This document shows, piece after piece, positions 7,677 to 16,589 of a DNA stretch of 64,000 bases; the stretch's first letter is position 1, and each line of letters begins with the position of its first letter. The position numbers and the translations under genes were made by a program. The notes under the pieces were generated by a model. It searched no databases, was not told the DNA's origin, and saw only the letters and a list, made by a program, of their open reading frames with translations. This DNA is from Alphaproteobacteria bacterium (GTDB taxonomy: Bacteria; Pseudomonadota; Alphaproteobacteria; GCA-2746255), in assembly GCA_965249135.1 (NCBI GenBank), contig OZ252220.1:384001-448000 (forward strand), written 5' to 3'.

Positions 7677-9377
7677 CTAGAAGACCGGCGTTTCGCGATA
7701 GGTCCCCCAAAGCTCCCTTAGGGCCTCGACGATGTCGCCCATGGAGGCGCCTGCCTTCACCAGCTCGACGGTGAGCGGCATCACGTTCTTCGTTTCGTCC
7801 TTCGCCACCTCGACGAGTTCCTTCAACAATTGCTGAACCTTCGCTTCGTCGCGGTCTTTTCGCACCTGGTTCAGCCGCCCGACCTGGCGTTCCGTGATGG
7901 TCTCGTCGTGGGCGTGGAGTTCCACGTCCAGCTTTTCGTCTTCTTCCGTGAACCGGTTGACGCCGATCAGCGGGTATTCGCCGCTCGCCTTCTTCGTCGC
8001 CGTCTCGTAGGCAAAATCGGCGATCTGGCGCTGGAACCAGCCTTCCTCGATCAGCTTCACCGTGCCGCCATGGGCATCGACCTCGTCGAGGATGCGGAAG
8101 GTTTCCTTCTCGAAGTAGGTCGTCAGGTTCTCGACGTAGTAGGACCCGCCCAATGGGTCGGCGACTTGGCTCACGTTCGATTCCTCGGCGATGACCTGCT
8201 GGGTGCGAAGCGCCAGCTTCATCGCCTCTTCCGTCGGAATGGCGAAGGCTTCGTCCATGCCGTTCACGTGCAGGCTTTGGGCGCCGCCCAGAACCGCAGA
8301 CAAGGCCTGTAGGGTCGTCCGCACGGTGTTGACGCGATATTGCGGCTTGGTCAGTGTCGCGGCGGCCGTTCCGCAGTGGAAACGTAGCCGCATCGATTCC
8401 GGGGATCGAGCCCCGAAGCGCTCCTTCATGATCTTCGCGTAGATGCGGCGTGCCGCCCGGAACTTGGCGATCTCCTCGAAGAAGTCCCGTTGGCAGACGA
8501 AGAAGAAGGAGAGGCGGGGCGCGAAGTCGTCGACGTCGATGCCGGCCTTCGTCACCTCGTCCACATAGGTGATCGTGTTCGCCATGGTGAAGGCGAGCTC
8601 CTGCAGCGGCGAGGAGCCGGCCTCCGAGATGTGATAGCCGGAGATGTTGATCGGGTTGAAGCGCTGCATGTGCTCGGCGCAGAACGTGATGCAATCGCGC
8701 ACGATGCGCACGGAGGGCCGGATCGGGTAGATCCATTCCTTTTGCGCCATGTACTCCTTCAGGATGTCGGCCTGGATGGTGCCGGCAAGCCGATGGGGGT
8801 CGAAGCCGCGCTTCTCGCCAAGGGCGTAGTACATGGCGAGCAGGATCCAGGCCGAAGGATTGATCGTCATGGAGACGGAGATGTTTTCCAGATCGATGTC
8901 GGCGTAGAGCGCTTCCATGTCGGCCAAGGTGTCGACGGCGACGCCTTCGCGGCCGACCTCGCCGGTGCTCATCGGGTGGTCCGAGTCGTAGCCCATCAGC
9001 GTCGGCATATCGAAATCCGTCGAGATGCCGGTCTGGCCCTGCGCAATCAGGTATTTGAAACGCCGGTTTGTGTCTTCACCCGTGCCGAAGCCGGCGATCT
9101 GGCGCATCGTCCAGGTGCGGCCGCGATACATGGTCGGGTAGGGGCCGCGGGTGAAAGGATATTGCCCGGGAAGCCCGATGTCCTCGATCGGGGTATCCTG
9201 CAGGTCGAGCGCCGTATAGACCCGCTTCACCGGAATGTCACCGAAGGTGGAAAAATCCTCCTTCTGTTCCGGCTGGCGTTTCAGGAAATGGGCGAGCTCT
9301 TCCTTCTCCCACTTCTCGAGCTGCTGCTCGAGCTGTTCGCGCGCCATGTTGTCCAGGGCCTGCTTCTCGTTGATCAT
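7677..9377 (-). CDS. hcmA: 2-hydroxyisobutyryl-CoA mutase large subunit, variant copy (Q336G, Q348R, I351T, I352V, A355T, T371V)
   Basis: RQIAGFG (Ile94 specificity position), STDFD (Asp121), C-terminal YRETPVF; intact 566-aa ORF with AAGGA RBS. Confidence 0.85.
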   Translation of the reverse strand: MINEKQALDNMAREQLEQQLEKWEKEELAHFLKRQPEQKEDFSTFGDIPVKRVYTALDLQDTPIEDIGLPGQYPFTRGPYPTMYRGRTWTMRQIAGFGTGEDTNRRFKYLIAQGQTGISTDFDMPTLMGYDSDHPMSTGEVGREGVAVDTLADMEALYADIDLENISVSMTINPSAWILLAMYYALGEKRGFDPHRLAGTIQADILKEYMAQKEWIYPIRPSVRIVRDCITFCAEHMQRFNPINISGYHISEAGSSPLQELAFTMANTITYVDEVTKAGIDVDDFAPRLSFFFVCQRDFFEEIAKFRAARRIYAKIMKERFGARSPESMRLRFHCGTAAATLTKPQYRVNTVRTTLQALSAVLGGAQSLHVNGMDEAFAIPTEEAMKLALRTQQVIAEESNVSQVADPLGGSYYVENLTTYFEKETFRILDEVDAHGGTVKLIEEGWFQRQIADFAYETATKKASGEYPLIGVNRFTEEDEKLDVELHAHDETITERQVGRLNQVRKDRDEAKVQQLLKELVEVAKDETKNVMPLTVELVKAGASMGDIVEALRELWGTYRETPVF

Positions 9378-9396
9378 CGCCTATCCTTTAAGCCGC

Positions 9397-11097
9397 CTAG
9401 AAGACCGGCGTTTCGCGATAGGTCCCCCAAAGCTCCCTTAGGGCCTCGACGATGTCGCCCATGGAGGCGCCTGCCTTCACCAGCTCGACGGTGAGCGGCA
9501 TCACGTTCTTCGTTTCGTCCTTCGCCACCTCGACGAGTTCCTTCAACAATTGCTGAACCTTCGCTTCGTCGCGGTCTTTTCGCACCTGGTTCAGCCGCCC
9601 GACCTGGCGTTCCGTGATGGTCTCGTCGTGGGCGTGGAGTTCCACGTCCAGCTTTTCGTCTTCTTCCGTGAACCGGTTGACGCCGATCAGCGGGTATTCG
9701 CCGCTCGCCTTCTTCGTCGCCGTCTCGTAGGCAAAATCGGCGATCTGGCGCTGGAACCAGCCTTCCTCGATCAGCTTCACCGTGCCGCCATGGGCATCGA
9801 CCTCGTCGAGGATGCGGAAGGTTTCCTTCTCGAAGTAGGTCGTCAGGTTCTCGACGTAGTAGGACCCGCCCAATGGGTCGGCGACTTGGCTCACGTTCGA
9901 TTCCTCGGCGATGACCTGCTGGGTGCGAAGCGCCAGCTTCATCGCCTCTTCCGTCGGAATGGCGAAGGCTTCGTCCATGCCGTTCGTGTGCAGGCTTTGG
10001 GCGCCGCCCAGAACCGCAGACAAGGCCTGCAAGGCCGTCCGGATGATGTTCACTTGATACTGCGGCTTGGTGAGCGTGGCTGCCGCCGTTTGACAGTGGA
10101 AACGTAGCCGCATCGATTCCGGGGATCGAGCCCCGAAGCGCTCCTTCATGATCTTCGCGTAGATGCGGCGTGCCGCCCGGAACTTGGCGATCTCCTCGAA
10201 GAAGTCCCGTTGGCAGACGAAGAAGAAGGAGAGGCGGGGCGCGAAGTCGTCGACGTCGATGCCGGCCTTCGTCACCTCGTCCACATAGGTGATCGTGTTC
10301 GCCATGGTGAAGGCGAGCTCCTGCAGCGGCGAGGAGCCGGCCTCCGAGATGTGATAGCCGGAGATGTTGATCGGGTTGAAGCGCTGCATGTGCTCGGCGC
10401 AGAACGTGATGCAATCGCGCACGATGCGCACGGAGGGCCGGATCGGGTAGATCCATTCCTTTTGCGCCATGTACTCCTTCAGGATGTCGGCCTGGATGGT
10501 GCCGGCAAGCCGATGGGGGTCGAAGCCGCGCTTCTCGCCAAGGGCGTAGTACATGGCGAGCAGGATCCAGGCCGAAGGATTGATCGTCATGGAGACGGAG
10601 ATGTTTTCCAGATCGATGTCGGCGTAGAGCGCTTCCATGTCGGCCAAGGTGTCGACGGCGACGCCTTCGCGGCCGACCTCGCCGGTGCTCATCGGGTGGT
10701 CCGAGTCGTAGCCCATCAGCGTCGGCATATCGAAATCCGTCGAGATGCCGGTCTGGCCCTGCGCAATCAGGTATTTGAAACGCCGGTTTGTGTCTTCACC
10801 CGTGCCGAAGCCGGCGATCTGGCGCATCGTCCAGGTGCGGCCGCGATACATGGTCGGGTAGGGGCCGCGGGTGAAAGGATATTGCCCGGGAAGCCCGATG
10901 TCCTCGATCGGGGTATCCTGCAGGTCGAGCGCCGTATAGACCCGCTTCACCGGAATGTCACCGAAGGTGGAAAAATCCTCCTTCTGTTCCGGCTGGCGTT
11001 TCAGGAAATGGGCGAGCTCTTCCTTCTCCCACTTCTCGAGCTGCTGCTCGAGCTGTTCGCGCGCCATGTTGTCCAGGGCCTGCTTCTCGTTGATCAT
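9397..11097 (-). CDS. hcmA: 2-hydroxyisobutyryl-CoA mutase large subunit, canonical copy
   Basis: TRGPYPTMY, RQIAGFG, RFHCQTAA, SLHTNG.DE; matches my recollection of Aquincola-type HcmA; no B12-binding domain (supplied by hcmB). Confidence 0.9.
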   Translation of the reverse strand: MINEKQALDNMAREQLEQQLEKWEKEELAHFLKRQPEQKEDFSTFGDIPVKRVYTALDLQDTPIEDIGLPGQYPFTRGPYPTMYRGRTWTMRQIAGFGTGEDTNRRFKYLIAQGQTGISTDFDMPTLMGYDSDHPMSTGEVGREGVAVDTLADMEALYADIDLENISVSMTINPSAWILLAMYYALGEKRGFDPHRLAGTIQADILKEYMAQKEWIYPIRPSVRIVRDCITFCAEHMQRFNPINISGYHISEAGSSPLQELAFTMANTITYVDEVTKAGIDVDDFAPRLSFFFVCQRDFFEEIAKFRAARRIYAKIMKERFGARSPESMRLRFHCQTAAATLTKPQYQVNIIRTALQALSAVLGGAQSLHTNGMDEAFAIPTEEAMKLALRTQQVIAEESNVSQVADPLGGSYYVENLTTYFEKETFRILDEVDAHGGTVKLIEEGWFQRQIADFAYETATKKASGEYPLIGVNRFTEEDEKLDVELHAHDETITERQVGRLNQVRKDRDEAKVQQLLKELVEVAKDETKNVMPLTVELVKAGASMGDIVEALRELWGTYRETPVF

Positions 11098-11100
11098 CGC

Positions 11101-12069
11101 CTATCCTTCCAACCGCATCTCGGCGAGCAGATCCACCGCCGCCGTGTATGGGTTCTTTTCATGGGCCATCATCTGGCCGATCAGTGCCGAGACTTTCCCG
11201 TCCCGGTGTTTCTTGAATTCGTCGCGCAAGATTTCTTCGGCCGTCTTCAACATCCGCCGTTCGGCGATTTGCTTTTTCCGTTCGGCGATTTCGCCGGAGG
11301 ATTCGAGGGCTTGCCGATGACGGTCGACCGCATCGACAAGCCCATCGATCCCCTCGGCCTTGAGCGCGCTCGTCGCGATCACCGGGACCTCCCAGCCGGA
11401 AGCCCCCGCAAGCGTTAATCCCAACGTCATCATAGCCTTTAAGTCGACGATCGTCCGGTTCGCATCCGGCCGGTCGCACTTGCTGACGACATGGATGTCC
11501 GCAATTTCAAGGATGCCCGCCTTGATCGCCTGGATGTCGTCGCCAAGACCGGGGGCGGAGATGACGACCGTCGTGTGCGCCGCCTGCACGATGTCCACCT
11601 CGTCCTGGCCGACGCCCACCGTCTCGATCAGGACCAAATCGAAACCGGCGGCATCCAGCACATCGACCGCATCCAGCGTGGATCGCGCCAGACCACCGAG
11701 CATGCCCCGCGTCGCCATGCTGCGGATGAAGATCCCCTTATCCCCCGAAAGCTCGTTCATCCGGATGCGATCGCCGAGGATGGCGCCGCCGGAGTAGGGG
11801 CTCGAGGGATCGATGGCGACGACGGCGATCTTGCGGTCGGACTTACGGACGGCGGCCATCAATTTTCCCATCAGTGTCGACTTGCCGCTTCCGGGAACGC
11901 CGGTGATGCCGACGATGTGCGCTCTTCCCGTGTGCCGATAGATATCGGCCATGGCCGGCCGGCACTCCTCGAGGCCCGACTCCGCGCGGGTGATCATCCG
12001 CGCGATCGCGCCGATGTCGGCGGCGAGCACCCGCTCGACGAGCTCAATGGAGGGGACGGCGTTGTTCAT
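11101..12069 (-). CDS. meaH: MeaB/MeaH G-protein chaperone of B12 mutase
   Basis: GVPGSGKS, DPSSPYSGGAILGDRIRM, ETVGVGQ. Confidence 0.92.
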   Translation of the reverse strand: MNNAVPSIELVERVLAADIGAIARMITRAESGLEECRPAMADIYRHTGRAHIVGITGVPGSGKSTLMGKLMAAVRKSDRKIAVVAIDPSSPYSGGAILGDRIRMNELSGDKGIFIRSMATRGMLGGLARSTLDAVDVLDAAGFDLVLIETVGVGQDEVDIVQAAHTTVVISAPGLGDDIQAIKAGILEIADIHVVSKCDRPDANRTIVDLKAMMTLGLTLAGASGWEVPVIATSALKAEGIDGLVDAVDRHRQALESSGEIAERKKQIAERRMLKTAEEILRDEFKKHRDGKVSALIGQMMAHEKNPYTAAVDLLAEMRLEG

Positions 12070-12073
12070 GGCG

Positions 12074-13507
12074 TCACGATCCGGTCATCTTATCTTGCAT
12101 CTCCCGGAAGACATCGCGGTCGTCGATGACGCGACGCGCCTTGAAGTCCGTCCGGGGGATCGAGTTAAGGGGCACGATCTCGACCTTCGTGCGCACCCCC
12201 AACACGCGTTGCAGATTGTCGGCGACGGTGATCCGGAAGCCCGTTATTGCTTCTTCGCCACGCTCGTGGAGCTCGGACGTTGCTTCCACGCGGACCAGCA
12301 ATTCATCCATGGTGCCCTCGCGCGAGACGATGATGCGGTGTTCGCCGCCATAGCCGTCGGTCTTGTTGAGGACGGCATCGATTTCGCTCGGATAGATGTT
12401 TTCCCCGCGAATCGTGAACTGATCGTCGATACGGCCGAAGATGCCGTGCGGAAGGTGCGGATAGGTCCGCCCGCATGGGGCGGGCCCGTCGTAGCGCCAC
12501 TCCGTGAGATCGCCAGACAGCAGGCGGATCATCGGCTGCGAGGTGCGCTCCAAATGCGTATAGACGGGCGTGCCCTTCTCGCCATAGGGGACGCGCCGGA
12601 AATTCACCGGATCGCACACTTCGCTATAGACGATGTCCTGCCACATCAGCATGCCTTCCGGCGTCCCTTCCGAGCCGGCGCAGTTCATCCATGGCGACAT
12701 CTCGGCCATCGAGCCGGAGTCGTAGATTTGGGCGCCATAGATAGCCTTGATCTTGTCGCGAATCCCGGGGATCGACGCCCCCGGCTCGCCGGAGAAGAAC
12801 AGGCATTTCAGGCCGAAGCTCTTCGGGTCCAGCCCTTCCTTGCGGGCCACCTCGCCCAGGTGCAGCGCATAGGAGGGCGTTCCATAAAAAGCCGTCGGCT
12901 TCATCTGATCGAGCCACTGGGCGGCGCGCGCGCTCATGCCGGGGGCGCCGGCGCCGAACGGGAAGGCCTTCGCGTGCAGGCGTTCGGCGCCGATCATCGC
13001 GCCCCACGAACCGAGGTAGAGGCTGAAGATCGCGGCGATGAAGATCGTATTGCCGGGGCGCAGGCCCATCCCGTAGATGATTCGCGCGTGCGCATTGGCA
13101 ATCGAGTCCCAATCGCCGCGGCCGATGGCGAACACGGTGGGCGTACCGGTGGTGCCGGACGTGCCGTGGATGTGATGGATCTCCGATTCGGGGATGCAAA
13201 GGTAATCGCCGAATTTCGGTGCCCGGGTTTGGGCCTCGCGCAAATCCTGTTTCGTCACCACCGGCACCTTGTCCTCGAAATCTTCGAGGGACTTCAGGTG
13301 GTCCGGATGAAAGCCCGCGTCGTCCCACTTCCGCTTGTAGAAGGGGGACTTGTCATAGGCGTAACGGGTGATCTCCTTGAGGCGTTCGAGTATCGCCTTT
13401 TCCCGGTCGCCTGGATCCATCGTTTCGCGCTTCGGAAACCAGTAGGGGGAAGCCGGATCCGGCAGGTAATCGGGATTGAATTTCGGTGGAAATGACCAGT
13501 CTTCCAT
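12074..13507 (-). CDS. hcl: 2-hydroxyisobutyrate-CoA ligase (PaaK-like)
   Basis: GTSGTTG, SGEPG, GRIDD...RGENIYP; N-terminal WSFP...YWFP.RETM as recalled for HCL; located in the hcm operon. Confidence 0.85.
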   Translation of the reverse strand: MEDWSFPPKFNPDYLPDPASPYWFPKRETMDPGDREKAILERLKEITRYAYDKSPFYKRKWDDAGFHPDHLKSLEDFEDKVPVVTKQDLREAQTRAPKFGDYLCIPESEIHHIHGTSGTTGTPTVFAIGRGDWDSIANAHARIIYGMGLRPGNTIFIAAIFSLYLGSWGAMIGAERLHAKAFPFGAGAPGMSARAAQWLDQMKPTAFYGTPSYALHLGEVARKEGLDPKSFGLKCLFFSGEPGASIPGIRDKIKAIYGAQIYDSGSMAEMSPWMNCAGSEGTPEGMLMWQDIVYSEVCDPVNFRRVPYGEKGTPVYTHLERTSQPMIRLLSGDLTEWRYDGPAPCGRTYPHLPHGIFGRIDDQFTIRGENIYPSEIDAVLNKTDGYGGEHRIIVSREGTMDELLVRVEATSELHERGEEAITGFRITVADNLQRVLGVRTKVEIVPLNSIPRTDFKARRVIDDRDVFREMQDKMTGS

Positions 13508-13525
13508 CTCGACTTTTCCTCCCGT

Positions 13526-13942
13526 CTAGCGTGGGCCGCGTTCGGCAACCAAACGCTGCATCGTCTCGATGATGGTTTGAGGGGGCGTGTCCTGTAGCAG
13601 GACCTCCTTCACCCCGATCTTTTTTAGCTTGTCGACTTCTTCATCCGGAATCACGCCGCCGCCGGTGACGATGATATCCTCGGCCTTGTTTTCCTTCAGC
13701 AATTCGATGAGGCGCGGGAACACGGTCATGTGGGCACCGGACAGGATGCTGACGCCGATGATGTCGACGTCTTCCTGAATCGCGGCACGGACGACTTCCT
13801 CCGGCGTGCGGTGTAGGCCGGTATAGATGACATCCATTCCGGCATCGCGAAGCGTGCGAGCCACGACTTTCACGCCACGGTCGTGGCCGTCCAGCCCGAC
13901 CTTTGCGATCAGTACGCGGATGATATCTGAACCCTGGCTCAT
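13526..13942 (-). CDS. hcmB: Cobalamin-binding small mutase subunit
   Basis: DGHDRG (DxHxxG), SILSGAH, GGVIP. Confidence 0.9.
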   Translation of the reverse strand: MSQGSDIIRVLIAKVGLDGHDRGVKVVARTLRDAGMDVIYTGLHRTPEEVVRAAIQEDVDIIGVSILSGAHMTVFPRLIELLKENKAEDIIVTGGGVIPDEEVDKLKKIGVKEVLLQDTPPQTIIETMQRLVAERGPR

Positions 13943-13975
13943 GGTCGAAACTCCCGGATTTTCTCGATCGGTTTC

Positions 13976-14647
13976 TTAGGCTGCCTGGCCGCTTTGCTTG
14001 TGAAGTACGTGCTGCAGTTTTTCGCTCGCCGCCTCGACGTGTTTTTGCGCCAGCGCTTCCGCTTCTTCGGCGTCGCCTTCGGCGATGGCGTCGAGGATCG
14101 CGTCGTGCTCCATCCACACGCTCTCGCCATAGCCTTCGATGCGCAGCACCGCACTCATCACACGCCGAAGGTGATTCAAGTAAAGGCGCATCGTATCGGC
14201 GACGATCGTGTTGCCGGAAAGTTCGTAAATCAGACGGTGAAACTCCATGTCCGCGGCGATCAGCTTCGCAACGGAACCATTGGCAATCGCCTTCTGGCCT
14301 TGGGCTACGATGCGTTTGCCCCGGGTGACGTCCTGGGCCGTCGCGTGTCTGGCCGCCAAGCGCGCCGCCAAGCGGTCGAGCGCGCTTCGAAACTCATAGA
14401 GCGAACGCACGAAGCCCTCCTCGAGGGGAGAGACCATCAGCCCCCGGCGGCCGGACTTGCAGACGAAGCCCTGGCTCTTCAGCAGCATCAGCGCCTGGCC
14501 GACCGGCTGGCGGGAGACGTTGAGCTGTTCGGCGATGCTCTCTTGGGCGAGGCGCTCGCTTGGGGGGAGGCGGCCGTCGCAGATGGAATCGAGGATGGTC
14601 GTGTAGACCTGTTCCATCATACGGGGTTGGACGAGAAGCTTGCGCAC
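13976..14647 (-). CDS. GntR-family regulator (FCD domain)
   Basis: wHTH ERLAQESIAEQLNVSRQPV; FCD motifs DMEFH and EHDAILDAI; GTG start at 14647 with AGGAGG RBS. Confidence 0.9.
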   Translation of the reverse strand: MRKLLVQPRMMEQVYTTILDSICDGRLPPSERLAQESIAEQLNVSRQPVGQALMLLKSQGFVCKSGRRGLMVSPLEEGFVRSLYEFRSALDRLAARLAARHATAQDVTRGKRIVAQGQKAIANGSVAKLIAADMEFHRLIYELSGNTIVADTMRLYLNHLRRVMSAVLRIEGYGESVWMEHDAILDAIAEGDAEEAEALAQKHVEAASEKLQHVLHKQSGQAA

Positions 14648-14660
14648 GGAATCCCTCCTA

Positions 14661-14685
14661 TTTATTGGATACTGTATACAATAAA
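14661..14685. promoter_or_regulatory. Putative GntR operator 1 (TTTATTGGATACTGTATACAATAAA)
   Basis: Near-palindrome just upstream of gntR; core shared with the site at 16552. Confidence 0.65.
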
Positions 14686-14746
14686 CCGGACACGGCGCCG
14701 CCGCAAGAGGCTCGAAAAACAAGCAAATCTTTCAAACCCTTAGTCC

Positions 14747-16486
14747 TCATTCGTCCTCATTTCCGGCCTGCCAGGTGCGCTCGGCGCGGTCCCAGGCTTC
14801 CAGCGGCTGGGTGTCCGGCACCCAGGCTAGGCCCGACTTCCCATCGCCCGAGACCGCCTCGCGGGTCACCAGGACGTCGAGCACGGCCGGCGCGTTTTCG
14901 AAACAGCGTTCGATCGCATCGCCTAAATCCTCGACCCGCTCGACGCGTTCGCCATGGGCGCCAAGGGCGCGGGCCAGTGCGGCGTAATCCGAGTGGCGAA
15001 GTTCCGTGCCGACGAGGTTGCCGTCATAGGTGACGCGCTGGTCGTAGCATTCGATGTTCCAGGCGCCGTTATTGGCGACGACGAAGACCACCTTGGCACC
15101 GTGGCGGACGGCGGTGTCGACCTCGATCGCGTTGAATCCGAAGGAGCCATCCCCGGTTACGACGACGACCTGGCGGTCGGGCAGGGCAAGGGCGGCGGCG
15201 ATTCCAAACGGGACACCGACGCCGAGGCAACCCAAGGAGCCAGAGTCCATATAGGGGCCGGCCGACAGCGCCACGCGGGCGAAACTTAAGATGTCGCCGC
15301 CATCGGCAATGGTCACCGCATCCGGGGCGAGCTTCTCCTGCAAGATGCCGAGCAGGCGGTTCGGGTGCATGTGGCCGTCGCTTCCCGGTGCTGCCGTGGC
15401 GAGGAGGCGCGTGAATTTCTTCCGTTTCTTGCTGTGTTTCTCCCGCACGCCCTTCAGCCAGGCCCGGTCGACGGCGGGCTTTCGGTTGCCGGCCTCTTCC
15501 ACGATGGCGGTCAGCGCCAGCGCCGGTGTGGCCAGGATTTCAGCAAGCCCGCGCCGGTTGTCGCGAAGCTCGGATACGTATTCGGCCAGCCGTACGAAAC
15601 GCGCCTTCTTGAAGATGGCGGGCGATCCGTAGGCCAACTGGAAGTCGAGCCGTCGCCCGACGGTGAGCACGACGTCGGCTTCTGCCATCACCTGGCCGCG
15701 CAGCGAGGAAACCACCGCCGGGTGCGCATCGGGAACCAGACTGCGGCTTTCGGAGGTGTCGAGATAGACGGCATCCAGCGCATCGAGCAGGGCTAGAAGC
15801 TCAGGTCCCGCCTCCCTGGCACCGCGCCCGGAAACGACCAGCGGCCGCTTGGCGTTCCACAGCATCTCGACGGCGCGGCCCACGGCGTCGGCGTCCGGCA
15901 ACCGCTCGGGCTTCGGCTTTGCCTTTCGATGCTCCTCGAAGGCCAAATGGCCGGGCAAGTGTTCGCGCAGGAGATCGGTCGGAAAGTCGAGATAGACCGG
16001 GCCCGGCACGCAGCCGTCGCCGATCGCCCGGGCGAACGCCTCGTCGAGCGCCGGCAGCACGTGGGCCGCCTCCCGCACGGTCCGCGCATAGCGGGTGACG
16101 GAACGCAGCAGGTCCGTGTGCACCAGATCCTGGAGCGCGCCCATCCGTTCCTGGGGGCGGGGCGGCACGCCGGAGATGACGACGATCGGCGCCCGGGCCA
16201 CGTGGGCGTTGACGATGCCGGTCATCGCGTTCGTCACCCCGGGACCGGCCGTCGCCAAAACGACCCCGATGCCGCCGGTAAGTTCGGCATGGGCATGGGC
16301 CATATGGGCGGCGGCGCGCTCGTCACGGACATCCACGATACGGATCCCGCCCCGTGCGGCTTGGTCCCAGATCGGCATGACGTGACCGCCACACAGCCCG
16401 AAGATGCGGTCGATCCCACGCACGGCGAGGAATTCGGCGATCCGGCCGGCCACCGTCTCCGAGGCGGCGACGTCAGAGGCTCCCAT
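14747..16486 (-). CDS. ThDP-dependent 2-hydroxyacyl-CoA lyase (2-HIB-CoA lyase type)
   Basis: FGLCGGH..PIWD, DVRDE, GDGSFG...NN.AWNIE, C-terminal GLAWVPD.Q.L.AW lid resembling the actinobacterial HACL; ATG at 16486 with GGGAG RBS. Confidence 0.8.
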   Translation of the reverse strand: MGASDVAASETVAGRIAEFLAVRGIDRIFGLCGGHVMPIWDQAARGGIRIVDVRDERAAAHMAHAHAELTGGIGVVLATAGPGVTNAMTGIVNAHVARAPIVVISGVPPRPQERMGALQDLVHTDLLRSVTRYARTVREAAHVLPALDEAFARAIGDGCVPGPVYLDFPTDLLREHLPGHLAFEEHRKAKPKPERLPDADAVGRAVEMLWNAKRPLVVSGRGAREAGPELLALLDALDAVYLDTSESRSLVPDAHPAVVSSLRGQVMAEADVVLTVGRRLDFQLAYGSPAIFKKARFVRLAEYVSELRDNRRGLAEILATPALALTAIVEEAGNRKPAVDRAWLKGVREKHSKKRKKFTRLLATAAPGSDGHMHPNRLLGILQEKLAPDAVTIADGGDILSFARVALSAGPYMDSGSLGCLGVGVPFGIAAALALPDRQVVVVTGDGSFGFNAIEVDTAVRHGAKVVFVVANNGAWNIECYDQRVTYDGNLVGTELRHSDYAALARALGAHGERVERVEDLGDAIERCFENAPAVLDVLVTREAVSGDGKSGLAWVPDTQPLEAWDRAERTWQAGNEDE

Positions 16487-16551
16487 GCGGCGTTCTCCCA
16501 AGGGCAAATCGCATTAACTATTTGAATTATATATATTATATATTAGTTTAT

Positions 16552-16568
16552 TTGCATACTGTATACGA
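16552..16568. promoter_or_regulatory. Putative GntR operator 2 (TTGCATACTGTATACGA)
   Basis: 15/17 identical to 14665-14681; lies in the AT-rich region upstream of the lyase. Confidence 0.65.
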
Positions 16569-16589
16569 TTTACAGGGGCTTCACAATGC

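Larger units (their letters stand above)
7676..11108. repeat. Tandem 1.71-kb direct repeat (7676-9388 / 9396-11108, period 1720 bp)
   Basis: Line-by-line comparison by eye finds differences only at 8266-8373 vs 9986-10093. Confidence 0.93.

Noticed and set aside
7677-11097. hcmA repeat pair as a diversity-generating retroelement (TR/VR)
   Set aside because: The differences are not adenine-specific, half are synonymous, both copies are full genes, and the only RT in the window is a group II intron protein 37 kb away
7677-13942. Annotation as ordinary methylmalonyl-CoA mutase and phenylacetate-CoA ligase
   Set aside because: RQIAGFG (Ile rather than Tyr/Phe), the split subunits and the HCL-type ligase point to the 2-hydroxyisobutyryl-CoA system
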